A DNA stretch of 64,000 bases. Source: Patescibacteria group bacterium. GTDB lineage: Bacteria; Patescibacteriota; Microgenomatia; JAMCZE01. Positions 9,197-18,739 of this stretch are shown in pieces. The DNA is taken from assembly GCA_023485845.1 (NCBI GenBank), contig JAMCZE010000004.1, positions 1,358-65,357 on the forward strand, given 5' to 3'. The number at the start of each line of letters is the position of its first letter. Positions within the stretch are counted from its first letter, which is position 1. The translations under genes were made by a program, and so were the position numbers. The notes beneath the pieces were generated by a model. That model was given only the letters and a program-made list of their open reading frames with translations, searched no databases and was not told the origin of the DNA.

Positions 9197-10545
9197 AATT
9201 AGTCGTCCTCATTTTTCTGTTTTGGACACTGGCGGTTTTTGCCATTTTCCAGGGAAAGCATTTTCGGGAATACCAAACCTTCGGGTTAGACACCGGTTTT
9301 TTTGACCAGTTAATTTATGAAGCTTCCAAGGGAAACTTCACCGTTAGCACGATTAGCCAATGGTCGCTGTGGACCGACCATTTTGAACCGATTCTGCTGG
9401 CTTTTGTGCCGTTATATTGGCTTACCCCAAATATTAATTGGTTATTCTTGGGAGAAGCAGCGGTGTTTGCGGCCTCAATCTTTCCGCTTTATCTTCTGGC
9501 CAAAAAAGTTACCAGCTCGCAGCTTTTTTCTTACAGCCTCATTATTGCTTATTTATTTTTGGTGCCCACCCAACATGGCTTGTTTGACGGGTTTGCCTCC
9601 CAAGTGTTCGTGGCCCCATTTCTGGCCCTGGCCTATTGGGCCCTGGAGTCAAAGAAGAATAAACTGTTGATTTTTAGCCTCGTCGGGCTATTTCTTGTTA
9701 AGGAGGAATTTAGCTTATTGATTGCCGGGTTGGGGATGATTGCCTTTCTTTTCTATAAGCGAAGGCGGCTTGGGGTGTTAATGATGCTAGCGGGGATGGC
9801 TGGCTTTGTGTTCCTCACCCGGGTTTTTGATCCTTGGATTTCGCCCGGCAACCTCAATTATGCCCATCAGAATGTCGGTTATGGCCAGGCGCTAAATATT
9901 CTGGCCCGTCCCTATCTTATTCCTTTGGCCTACGTTGACTCACCAATTAAACTGCAAACAATGCTGACCCATTTTGCCGGTTTTGCTTTCCTGCCGCTGC
10001 TGTCGCCAATTAATCTGCTGCTGCTTTTTGAGCAATATGGCCAGCGGTTTATTAACACCAGCGAGCCGCTTAAATGGCTGGCCCACGACTTTGCGTTTGG
10101 GCCAATTCTTCTGATCAGCGCCGCCTATGGGGTGGGCAAGGTGGCCGGACGAAAAGCGGTGGCGCTGTCACTTTTAGTCGTAGTCGTTGCCCTGGCAGGG
10201 GACCTGCTTCTCCACGGGCCGGTTAATTCGCTGTTAAAGCCCGATTTCTATCAGACACCGTCTTGGGCCAAAGATAACAACCAAATTCTCGCGCTGGTGC
10301 CGGCGGGCACCTCGGTGGCTGCCAACAATTCCTTAGTGGCGCACCTGTCCGAGCGGCCACAAATTTATCTTTTGCCCAACGTTAACCGCGCCGATTATGT
10401 GGTGGCGGACTTGCACGGCGGCCCCAACGCCTATGCCCCGATCGATCAGGAAACGACGAGAAGTTTAGTTAGTTGGTTGGTTAGTAGCCGGCAATATCAA
10501 CAAGTTGCTAAAATAGGGCAAGCGGTGCTTTTGAAACGAACATGA
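9193..10545 (+). CDS. Polytopic membrane protein, DUF2079-like (putative GT-C glycosyltransferase)
   Basis: 450 aa, TM-rich, ATGA start/stop overlap with upstream gene. Confidence 0.55.
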   Translation: MKLVVLIFLFWTLAVFAIFQGKHFREYQTFGLDTGFFDQLIYEASKGNFTVSTISQWSLWTDHFEPILLAFVPLYWLTPNINWLFLGEAAVFAASIFPLYLLAKKVTSSQLFSYSLIIAYLFLVPTQHGLFDGFASQVFVAPFLALAYWALESKKNKLLIFSLVGLFLVKEEFSLLIAGLGMIAFLFYKRRRLGVLMMLAGMAGFVFLTRVFDPWISPGNLNYAHQNVGYGQALNILARPYLIPLAYVDSPIKLQTMLTHFAGFAFLPLLSPINLLLLFEQYGQRFINTSEPLKWLAHDFAFGPILLISAAYGVGKVAGRKAVALSLLVVVVALAGDLLLHGPVNSLLKPDFYQTPSWAKDNNQILALVPAGTSVAANNSLVAHLSERPQIYLLPNVNRADYVVADLHGGPNAYAPIDQETTRSLVSWLVSSRQYQQVAKIGQAVLLKRT

Positions 10546-11645
10546 AGATTGCTTTTCTAAGTTTCTACAGCGGCCACGTTGCCCGGGGGGTGGAGACCTA
10601 CGTCCATGAACTGGCTAACCGCCTGGCGGCTAACCACCAGGTGACAGTTTGTCAAGGTGGTCCCCGACTTTCAGATGCTAGATATAACGTTAAAACAATT
10701 CCAGTTCATGTTAATTGGGAAAAAATAAACGGACTTCGCCATCTATCAACTTTAATTATTTTTGACCTTAGTTTTTCTAATATGGCTCGGCGATTCTATT
10801 TGGATTTTTGGAGCCGGGCTCAGGCCGAGTTTGCTAAAAATAGCTTGGCTGTCATAGATGCAGACACCGATATTATTGTGAGTGCTGGATCGGGCTGGGT
10901 TAGTCTGTTTGCCCGACTTTGGTGTTGGCGTCATAAAGCCAAATTAGTGATTGCCGGGCAATCAGGTCCTGGTTGGGACGATCGGATTAACCTTTTTTGT
11001 CGACCGGATGTTTTCATCGGTCTAACTGACTACCAAGTAACCTGGGCTCGACAAAATGGTTTTGGGGCCAAGGTTGTTAAAATTGCTAACGGGGTTGATT
11101 TGAAAAAATTTAATGCGAAAACCAAAAGAGCAGCACTTAACCTTCCACGGCCAATTATTCTTTGTGTTGCAGCCCTGGATCCTGGTAAAAGAGTGGGCTT
11201 AACGATTAGGGCGGTTGCAAATTTGGCCAAGGGGAGTTTGGTCGTGTTAGGGAAGGGAAACCTTAAAGAGGAACTCGATCGCTTGGCTGCTAGACTTCTT
11301 CCCGGGCGTTACCTTAATCTATTCGTCAGTCATGACCAAACCCCTTCATATTACGCTGCCTGTGACTTAGTCACTATGGTGCCTCCAAAGACTGAGTCTT
11401 TTGGTATCGTTTTTTTAGAAGCAATGGCTTCCGGTAAAGCTGTCGTTACCTCGGATGATCCTCCGCGGCGAGAAATAGTCGGGCTGGCTGGCCTCTTTGT
11501 TAATCCGGAAAGCTTGTCAAATTACACAGAGGCTTTGGAGAAAGCCTTGACCATTGATTGGGATAACATGCCTCGACACCAGGCAGAAAAATTTTCTTGG
11601 GACGAGATTGCCAAGCAGTATGAGAGTCTAATTAGAAATTTGTGA
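10542..11645 (+). CDS. GT4 glycosyltransferase
   Basis: MKIAFLSFYSG..., C-terminal GT1 motifs FLEAMASGKAVVTSD; ATGA overlap. Confidence 0.8.
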   Translation: MKIAFLSFYSGHVARGVETYVHELANRLAANHQVTVCQGGPRLSDARYNVKTIPVHVNWEKINGLRHLSTLIIFDLSFSNMARRFYLDFWSRAQAEFAKNSLAVIDADTDIIVSAGSGWVSLFARLWCWRHKAKLVIAGQSGPGWDDRINLFCRPDVFIGLTDYQVTWARQNGFGAKVVKIANGVDLKKFNAKTKRAALNLPRPIILCVAALDPGKRVGLTIRAVANLAKGSLVVLGKGNLKEELDRLAARLLPGRYLNLFVSHDQTPSYYAACDLVTMVPPKTESFGIVFLEAMASGKAVVTSDDPPRREIVGLAGLFVNPESLSNYTEALEKALTIDWDNMPRHQAEKFSWDEIAKQYESLIRNL

Positions 11646-11649
11646 TTAT

Positions 11650-12663
11650 ATGAAAATCGCTTTCTTGAATTTGTATAGTGGGGTGAACAATCGGGGAGCG
11701 GAAACTTTTGCTCACGAACTTGCCAGGAGACTTGGAAAAAACCATGAAGTCAAATTCTACCGTGGCGCTGATTATAACCTAAAAGTTGTCCAATCTGAGC
11801 ATAATTCCCGAAACTTACTAAAACGCTTCTTTCTTGACGGAGCCAACTTGTCAGTTCTACAGTTTTCTTGGAAAATCTTTCCAATATTACGGCGAGAGAA
11901 ATATGACTGGGTAATTCCTATAAACGGTTTTTGGCAGGTGTTGCTGTGTAAGTTGTTGCCAAGCAAGATCCTAATTACCGGGCACTCCGGTCCCGGTTGG
12001 GATGAGCGCTGGAATCTTTATTTAAAACCGGATGTTTTTGTTGCCACCACAGAGCCGACGGAGAAATGGGCGAAAAGAACTTGTCCTTGGACAAAGATTG
12101 TGACCATTCCGTATGGCATTGATATGGGCTTGTTTGCAAAAGCAAAGCCGGTGAAAATTAATTTGCCCCGTCCGGTTATCTTGTGTGATGCCGCTGCGGT
12201 TGAATATAAGCGAATTGATCTGGCGATTAAGGCGGTGGCCAAGTTGAAAAAAGCCAGCCTGCTGCATCTTGGCGCTGGTCCATTATTACCAAGCATTCAA
12301 GCTTTAGGGCGAGGACTTCTCGGCAATCGCTTCTTTAGCACGGCCGTCGCCTATAAAGAGATTCCAAACTATTTTGCCGCTTGTGATGTGGTGACACTTC
12401 CCTCCATGTCCCAAGAGAATTCACCAATAGTCTTTCTTGAGGCAATGGCAGCGGGAAAACCGGTGGTGACGACGGATGCTCCCCGGTCACGTTGGACCTT
12501 GGGACCAGCCGCTCTCTACGTTGACCCGCGAAATCTTGACGAATATGCCCAGGCATTGGTGAAGAGCGAGAAACTTGATAGGGAACTTATTGCTAGTCAG
12601 GCACAGAAGTTTTCCTGGGACAAAATCGCAGCCCAATATGAAAATCTCATTGAGTCAAATTAA
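11650..12663 (+). CDS. GT4 glycosyltransferase (tandem paralog of the previous gene)
   Basis: MKIAFLNLYSG...FLEAMAAGKPVVTTD; same architecture as 10542..11645. Confidence 0.8.
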   Translation: MKIAFLNLYSGVNNRGAETFAHELARRLGKNHEVKFYRGADYNLKVVQSEHNSRNLLKRFFLDGANLSVLQFSWKIFPILRREKYDWVIPINGFWQVLLCKLLPSKILITGHSGPGWDERWNLYLKPDVFVATTEPTEKWAKRTCPWTKIVTIPYGIDMGLFAKAKPVKINLPRPVILCDAAAVEYKRIDLAIKAVAKLKKASLLHLGAGPLLPSIQALGRGLLGNRFFSTAVAYKEIPNYFAACDVVTLPSMSQENSPIVFLEAMAAGKPVVTTDAPRSRWTLGPAALYVDPRNLDEYAQALVKSEKLDRELIASQAQKFSWDKIAAQYENLIESN

Positions 12664-13579
12664 AATATCAGTTGTGATCCCGACTTATAACGAAGAGAAG
12701 GTCATCGGTAATTGTTTGGCCAGTTTGGCAAAACAAACGGTGGTTAAGGACATGGAGATTATCGTCGTTGATGACGGATCATCGGACACCTCGGTGTCCG
12801 TAATTTCGAATTTCGAATTTCGAATTTCGAATTTGGTTTTGCTAAAGCAAAACCATATGGGTCCCGGGGCAGCAAGAAATCTGGGGGCCGGCAAAGCAAA
12901 AGGGGACATCCTGGTTTTTGTCGACGCGGACATGGAGTTTGCATCGGATTTTGTTGAAAAACTTGTTGCCCCAATTACTGCTGGGAAAACAATTGGAACT
13001 TATAGCGAAGATGAGTTTCTTCTAAACAAGAGCCAACCATTAGCGCGTTGTTGGAATTGGAATTTTGGCCGGAGCGCAAACAAAATGGAGCCACGCGGCT
13101 ATGCTGCAAAACCATCGGGGATATACAAATTTGGAAAAGATGTCCTGGAGAAAATTGAGGGAGTTAAAGCCAGAGAAGAAAAAAATCAAGTTTTCCGGGC
13201 GATACTAAAAAGTTCATTTCAAGAAGCGGGAGGGTTCGATTCTAAATTGGGTTATATTGATGATTGGAGTGTTTCACAAAAATTGGGAAAGTTTCCAGAA
13301 TTGGCGAAGGGGGCGATTTATTATCATCGAAGTCCGGATAATCTTCCGGAAATTTGGAGGCAAGCGAGATGGTTCGGGAAAAATTATTTCTTGACAAAAA
13401 ATCTGGTTCGCAAGCTTTACAATTTATTTCGTTATTGCCCTATTCTGGCTCCCATTAAGGGAATATATGGAGCAGTCAAGTTTAAGGAGATAAGTTTTAT
13501 TTATTTTAAAGTAGTTTTTGACTCGGCGGTCTTCACAAGCGTGCTCTTGTCGTTTTTGAGTGAGCAAAAATATAAGTAG
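12638..13579 (+). CDS. GT2 family glycosyltransferase
   Basis: ISVVIPTYNEEKVI...VVDDGSSD...VFVDADMEF; start ATG overlaps upstream stop by 26 nt. Confidence 0.75.
   Translation: MKISLSQIKISVVIPTYNEEKVIGNCLASLAKQTVVKDMEIIVVDDGSSDTSVSVISNFEFRISNLVLLKQNHMGPGAARNLGAGKAKGDILVFVDADMEFASDFVEKLVAPITAGKTIGTYSEDEFLLNKSQPLARCWNWNFGRSANKMEPRGYAAKPSGIYKFGKDVLEKIEGVKAREEKNQVFRAILKSSFQEAGGFDSKLGYIDDWSVSQKLGKFPELAKGAIYYHRSPDNLPEIWRQARWFGKNYFLTKNLVRKLYNLFRYCPILAPIKGIYGAVKFKEISFIYFKVVFDSAVFTSVLLSFLSEQKYK
12802..12834. repeat. Tandem heptanucleotide repeat (AATTTCG)x4 plus partial copy, inside the GT2 coding sequence
   Basis: gtAATTTCGAATTTCGAATTTCGAATTTCGAATTTgg. It creates four TTCGAA palindromes at 7-nt spacing and encodes SNFEFRISN. 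Confidence 0.9.
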
Positions 13580-13580
13580 G

Positions 13581-14153
13581 ATGCCTACAAAAAAGTATTA
13601 TTGTTTTGTTGATGAGACCGGCCAAGACACGGGAGGCAAGATATATATTGTTTCAGTTGTTGTGCCAGAAGATAGAAATGGTTTAGAAAGATTTACCATC
13701 GAAGCGGAAAAACAAAGCGGTAAGGGTGTGTTCAAATGGGGCAGATCCGATCCAGTTAAAAGATTGAGATATTTGGAGACGGTTTTTAGTCAGAAAAAGC
13801 ATCCGTTTGTCGCTTACTATTCATCGTATTTCGACACAAGGGACTATCGTAATTCCACCATTTTAACTATTGCTAAAGCTCTGACAAGTTTTGGAGTAAA
13901 TAATAAACGTGAGTTCACTGTTTTGGTTGATGCTTTAAGCAGAAAAGACCAACGATATTTTGGTCACCAGTTGCATGAGCTTGCATTCCACATCCACAAG
14001 GTTAGGGGCGTACGTAAGGATGAGAATGATTCTCTGATTCGTTTTGCCGATAACATCTGCGGATTTGTCCGGGATGCTACAGAAGACAAGGGTGGGGATA
14101 TGGCCAAATTAATGAAAAAGTTTGCTGTAGAAGGTATGTTAGTTGAGGTTTGA
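13581..14153 (+). CDS. Hypothetical protein, DUF3800-like (N-terminal FVDETGQD motif)
   Basis: 190 aa; MPTKKYYCFVDETGQD...IYIVSVVV resembles the (Y/F)xDESG N-terminus of DUF3800. Composition is visibly AT-richer than flanking GT genes. Start is 2 nt after the upstream stop. Confidence 0.45.
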   Translation: MPTKKYYCFVDETGQDTGGKIYIVSVVVPEDRNGLERFTIEAEKQSGKGVFKWGRSDPVKRLRYLETVFSQKKHPFVAYYSSYFDTRDYRNSTILTIAKALTSFGVNNKREFTVLVDALSRKDQRYFGHQLHELAFHIHKVRGVRKDENDSLIRFADNICGFVRDATEDKGGDMAKLMKKFAVEGMLVEV

Positions 14154-14163
14154 CAAAATAAAA

Positions 14164-14180
14164 CCCCCGTGGTTAGGGGG
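14164..14180. terminator. GC hairpin CCCCC-gtggtta-GGGGG downstream of the DUF3800-like gene
   Basis: 5-bp G/C stem with 7-nt loop, preceded by aaaataaaa. On the minus strand a T-run follows, but no T-run follows on the + strand. Confidence 0.25.
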
Positions 14181-14281
14181 AATAGCCTAGATGAAATTTG
14201 CATTTCACCAACTTGCCTATACGACCAGCTTTCGGCTAATGTTTGATGTGATTGTATCATGTCAATAATAATTTGTCAATC

Positions 14282-15517
14282 ATGATTGTTGTTATTTTAG
14301 TTATCGGCTTTCTTTTTCGGTTAATTAATCTCAACCAGTCGCTTTGGTTGGATGAGGCTATCAGCGTCTTGGCCGTTAAGAATAATTCTTTCTGGCAACT
14401 GGTTACCCAATTTGCTCCGGGGGATTTTCACCCGCCGCTTTATTATTTAATTCTTAAATTTTGGGATAGCTTTTTTGGCTACGGAGAAATTTCCAGCCGA
14501 TTTCTCTCGGTGGTTTTTGGCACCATGGCCGTTGCCTTCGTTTATTTGATTGGCAAGAGACTTTTTAGCAAGAAAGTTGGTCTAGTTGCCGCGCTCTTTC
14601 TGTCCGTGAACCCGCTGGCGGTTTACTATTCCCAGGAAGCCCGGATGTATGCTTTGGTCATGCTGGCAGTCACGGCGGCAGTGTATTTTTTTGTCAGCAA
14701 ACGTCGCTGGTGGTTTACTTTGGCTTTTCTGGTTGCTCTCTACGCCGATTATCTTCCCTGGCTGTTAATCCCGGTTTTTCTTCCGGACAGTCTCTTGGTT
14801 TTAGCCTTTACCCTGCCCTGGCTGCCGTTTCTTTGGGGACAGCTGCGAATCGGGACGGCCGTTAACCCCGCCTGGGCGCAAATTCTGGGACAATTCAGCC
14901 TTAAAGCGGTTCTGTTGGTGCCGGTTAAATTCATTTTTGGCCGCATCCCCACCCAGATTATTTTTTCTATTCCCGTCTTGGTATATTTTTGGCTCATGCA
15001 CCGCGTTAGGAATAAATTGCTTTGGGCTTGGCTGTTGGCGCCATTGATTCTTGGGTTAATTATCTCCCTGAAGATTCCCGTCTTTAGCTATTTTCGGTTT
15101 CTGTTTGTTTTGCCGGCTTTTATTTTGTTGTTGGCAGCCGGAACCCAGAAGCATCGTTGGGCCGTGCCGTTGGTGGTGACGGTGAGCGTGGTTTGCCTAG
15201 TGGTTTTTAATTTTGACTCGCGGTTTTGGCGGGAAGACTGGAGGGGGGCGGTGGCTTATATGAAAGGGGAGTTGGGGATTGTTTTGATGCCCAGCCTGGC
15301 CCAAGATGCCCCGATTAGATATTACAACCCGGCCCAACCGGTTTTTGACCGAAGCGATCTGGTTCTGAGCGGCCAGTCACCGGTGTATTTGTTGCGTTAT
15401 GTTCAGGAAATTTTTGACCCCCAGGACCAGGAAAGGACGGCCCTGGAATCTGCCGGCTATAAAAAAACCAGTGAAAAAGATTTCAACGGCGTGGTAATCT
15501 GGAAGTATCAACAATGA
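14282..15517 (+). CDS. GT39/ArnT-like membrane glycosyltransferase
   Basis: LWLDEA motif after the first TM helix (signature of the PMT/ArnT family), TM-rich. The track ORF starts at TTG 14252; the first ATG (MIVVILVIGF) was chosen. Confidence 0.7.
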   Translation: MIVVILVIGFLFRLINLNQSLWLDEAISVLAVKNNSFWQLVTQFAPGDFHPPLYYLILKFWDSFFGYGEISSRFLSVVFGTMAVAFVYLIGKRLFSKKVGLVAALFLSVNPLAVYYSQEARMYALVMLAVTAAVYFFVSKRRWWFTLAFLVALYADYLPWLLIPVFLPDSLLVLAFTLPWLPFLWGQLRIGTAVNPAWAQILGQFSLKAVLLVPVKFIFGRIPTQIIFSIPVLVYFWLMHRVRNKLLWAWLLAPLILGLIISLKIPVFSYFRFLFVLPAFILLLAAGTQKHRWAVPLVVTVSVVCLVVFNFDSRFWREDWRGAVAYMKGELGIVLMPSLAQDAPIRYYNPAQPVFDRSDLVLSGQSPVYLLRYVQEIFDPQDQERTALESAGYKKTSEKDFNGVVIWKYQQ

Positions 15518-16542
15518 AGATCGGTATTGACATTAGCCAAGTTGCTTATCCCGGAACCGGGGTGGCCACCTACACCAAAAATTTGGTGGAAAATCTGCTG
15601 CAAATTGATAAAAAAAATAACTATGTCCTTTTTGCCGGAACACTGCGCCAGCGAAAAATCTTCAACCTGTCAGGGTGGAACCCTGACATCTGGCCGCTAC
15701 CGCCGACCGTTCTAGATTTTTTGTGGAACCGGCTTCATGTGCTGCCGGTGGAGAATTTGATCGGCAACGTTGACGTGTTTCACTCCAGTGACTGGACCAT
15801 GCCGCCGACGAAAGCAAAGAAAGTGACGACCATCTTCGACATGGTTGTCTATAAATATCCCCAAACGTCACATCCCAAAATTATTGCTACTCAAAAACGG
15901 CGGTTGGCCTGGGTCAAGAAAGAAGCGGACGCGATCATCACCATTTCCGAAGCTTCCAAAAAAGACATTGTGGAAATTTTAGGAGTGGCTCCGGAGAAAG
16001 TTAAAGTCATTTATCTGGCGGCGGGAGAGGAATTTAAGCCGGCTGGACCGAAGTTTTCCCATCCCAAACCTTATCTCTTGGCAGTGGGGACTCAGGAGCC
16101 GCGAAAAAATCTTGTTAATCTGATTGCGGCTTACAAAAAGTTGTCAACAAAAGATTTGGATTTAATCATTGTGGGGAAACATGGTTGGGGGCAAGACGCT
16201 CCTGTTGCTGGGGTCATTAATCTTGGCTACGTTGCCCCGGGAAAGCTGCCTGATCTTTATCGCGGGGCAAAATGTTTTGTTTACCCCAGTCTTTATGAGG
16301 GTTTTGGGGTGCCGGTTCTGGAAGCCATGGCTTGCGGTTGTCCGGTGGTCACCTCCAATGTCGGCAGTTTGCCGGAAGTGGGCGGGGACGGTGCCACTTA
16401 TGTTGACCCGCTTAATGTTACCGATATAGCGGATAAACTTGCTCATGTTAAAAGAACCGGCAGAGAGATGGCTCAGGCTAAAAAGTTTTCTTGGGAAAAG
16501 ACCGCCCGGGAAACCCTGAAAGTTTATGAAGCACTGGCTTAG
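15514..16542 (+). CDS. GT4 glycosyltransferase
   Basis: MKIGIDISQVAYPGTGVATY..., [28 protein letters not shown]; ATGA overlap. Confidence 0.8.
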   Translation: MKIGIDISQVAYPGTGVATYTKNLVENLLQIDKKNNYVLFAGTLRQRKIFNLSGWNPDIWPLPPTVLDFLWNRLHVLPVENLIGNVDVFHSSDWTMPPTKAKKVTTIFDMVVYKYPQTSHPKIIATQKRRLAWVKKEADAIITISEASKKDIVEILGVAPEKVKVIYLAAGEEFKPAGPKFSHPKPYLLAVGTQEPRKNLVNLIAAYKKLSTKDLDLIIVGKHGWGQDAPVAGVINLGYVAPGKLPDLYRGAKCFVYPSLYEGFGVPVLEAMACGCPVVTSNVGSLPEVGGDGATYVDPLNVTDIADKLAHVKRTGREMAQAKKFSWEKTARETLKVYEALA

Positions 16543-17557
16543 TGTTTTGCCGATTATTCTGCTGACGGCATTTGTTTACCGCGCCTCTTTTACTGCCCCG
16601 TTTTTTCAGGATGACAAAATTCTTCTTAATTTGGCAACCGGCGGTAATCTCTTTGCCCCGATTCCTAATTTTCCCTACCGTCCGATTTCTCAGGCCCTGT
16701 TCTATAAAATTTGTTTTTTCTTTTTTGGCTTAAACCCACTTGGCTATCATTTGGCGCTATTTGCTTTCTTTGTCGGCACCGTGATTTTAGTTTTTTTGCT
16801 GGCGCAGCGATTTTTGGATTCTTGGACGCGGGCTTGGTTGGTTGCTTTTTTTTATGCCCTTAATGTTTCTCTGTTTGCTAACTTTTTCTGGATTGCCACT
16901 TCTTATTTCTCAATCGGGGGCTTCTTCTTTTTCCTGACGATTTGGCTCTATTTCCAGAAAAATGCTTGGCCGGCTTTGGTCTCTTTTATTCTGGCATTGG
17001 GAAGTAATGAAATTGCTTTTGTTCTGCCGTTAATTCTGATTATTGCCAGCTGGTTTCAGAACTACTGGCCAAAAAAGTTAGGTTTGTTTGTGGGCTTGCT
17101 CCCAATTTTTTTGGGGTTACGTCTTCTAGTTGGTTTGCCAACGGCCGGTGACTATTCTGTCGGCCTTAATTTTTTGTCCCCGCTGCGCTGGTATAGTTTG
17201 CGGGCCTTTAATCTTCCTGAAGGGGTAGATCGGGCCGGGCCGGTTTTTTATTTATTGTTTGTCGCTTTGCTAGCGATGTTATTGGTTTCTCTTAAGAATC
17301 GTCGATTGCTAATTTTTGGAGCCGGCTTCTTTTTGGTTGGGGCCCTGCCCTTTTTCTTCCTTCCGGCTCACATGTCGTCATACTATTTAACGATTGCTCT
17401 TTTTGGACCGGCATTGATCTTCGGTGGCCTGGTGCGGGCAAAGTTAGTGTCACTTTTTGTCGGTGTTTATTTGCTACTGACTATTTTTGGATTGGATTTT
17501 CTCTCTCGCACCCACTGGATTATTCTCAAAAACACTGGTCCCATCGGCCAATTCTAG
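16526..17557 (+). CDS. Polytopic membrane protein, putative GT-C glycosyltransferase
   Basis: 343 aa, TM-rich; 3' end overlaps the convergent minus-strand gene by 84 nt. Confidence 0.55.
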   Translation: MKHWLSVLPIILLTAFVYRASFTAPFFQDDKILLNLATGGNLFAPIPNFPYRPISQALFYKICFFFFGLNPLGYHLALFAFFVGTVILVFLLAQRFLDSWTRAWLVAFFYALNVSLFANFFWIATSYFSIGGFFFFLTIWLYFQKNAWPALVSFILALGSNEIAFVLPLILIIASWFQNYWPKKLGLFVGLLPIFLGLRLLVGLPTAGDYSVGLNFLSPLRWYSLRAFNLPEGVDRAGPVFYLLFVALLAMLLVSLKNRRLLIFGAGFFLVGALPFFFLPAHMSSYYLTIALFGPALIFGGLVRAKLVSLFVGVYLLLTIFGLDFLSRTHWIILKNTGPIGQF

Positions 17558-18739
17558 AATTTGGCGGTAGTTGGCCGCAATATACGCTTCTAAATATTTT
17601 GGCTGATAACAAATGCCTTTTGATTGCTGGCAGGGATTATAAACAATAAAGCGGGGCAGTCGGTCCTTCAACCCGGTAAGAATTCTCTCCTGATTGCTGG
17701 GGTAATCCATCGTCCAAGGAGTGGAGGGAACGAAAAAATCACTGGCCGGCAAAGTGTTTGTTAAGAAATAAAGGTGGTCCCAGGTGTTTATGATCAGGAT
17801 CTTTTCTCCGGCAGGAACTACTTTTTGGATTTGCGAAGCGATATCCAGGGTGGCCGGGTCCATAAAGCGAACCGGGAGATTATGGCTAGTAATCACCAGC
17901 CGCAGGAAGATGATTAGCATAGGAAGATAGAAAATAAAGGCGAGGGGTAAAGAAGTAAATAACATGGCGACCAAAGGCAAGGCCGGTTGGAGATGAAAAT
18001 ATTCAAACCGGGTGAAAATTCCCAGGGCAGCACCAATGGCCAGAAGTCCTAATTGACGTTGTTTCTTAAGCAAAAGGGCAAAAAATGCCGGAGCCATGAC
18101 CGATAGAGTAATTAGCGACTGGCTAATGGTCGGCCATTGGATTTGTAGGGGATAACGGGCGTGGAAAGTCAGAGTGTATTTAACGGCGCTGTCAAAAAGG
18201 GGTGGCCAGGCAAGAACTAGCAAGGCTGGCAGGATGCCAAGGACCATGGTGGGGCGGCGGTGAAAAAGAAGAAAAATGACAATAAAATAGATAGCCGTCT
18301 GCTTAGTTAAAAACGCCAGTCCCAAAATTACTCCGGCTATAAGGAATTTTTTGTTTTGGGTGGCAAGTATGGCGGCTAGAAATAGCGGGGCTAGCAGTTG
18401 GTCCACCCAAGCCCCGTTGCCGCCGAAAAGAATTTGTAAAGGGACATAAATTAAGACCGGCAGGAGCTTTTTTCCAGCCGTCAGCCATAATAATAAATCA
18501 GTGATAATTACGATTGCATAGGAAAAAATTCGCAGTGATAGAACAGAGATGCCGGTAAAGGAGTAGAAAGTGCTTAACAGTTTCCAATAAAGCGGGGTGT
18601 AGATTAAGAAGATGTTTTGGTAATATTCAAAACCGTGGAGATTAAGATAAGGCCAGACCAAATTCTCCGGCCAGGCTGTAAACTGAAGTTGGGAAAGGAG
18701 TACAATGTGAATGACAATGAGAAAGAAGATCTTCTTCAT
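17474..18739 (-). CDS. Polytopic membrane protein, putative GT-C glycosyltransferase
   Basis: 421 aa, TM-rich with a C-terminal soluble region; the only minus-strand gene within the + strand cluster; ATG at 18739. Confidence 0.6.
   Translation of the reverse strand: MKKIFFLIVIHIVLLSQLQFTAWPENLVWPYLNLHGFEYYQNIFLIYTPLYWKLLSTFYSFTGISVLSLRIFSYAIVIITDLLLWLTAGKKLLPVLIYVPLQILFGGNGAWVDQLLAPLFLAAILATQNKKFLIAGVILGLAFLTKQTAIYFIVIFLLFHRRPTMVLGILPALLVLAWPPLFDSAVKYTLTFHARYPLQIQWPTISQSLITLSVMAPAFFALLLKKQRQLGLLAIGAALGIFTRFEYFHLQPALPLVAMLFTSLPLAFIFYLPMLIIFLRLVITSHNLPVRFMDPATLDIASQIQKVVPAGEKILIINTWDHLYFLTNTLPASDFFVPSTPWTMDYPSNQERILTGLKDRLPRFIVYNPCQQSKGICYQPKYLEAYIAANYRQILELADGTSVFENNPVGAREKIQSKNSQ

Noticed and set aside
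14164-14180. Treating CCCCC-gtggtta-GGGGG as a confident + strand intrinsic terminator
   Set aside because: No U-run follows on the + strand. The T-run is on the opposite strand, where no gene ends. It is kept only as a low-confidence hairpin.
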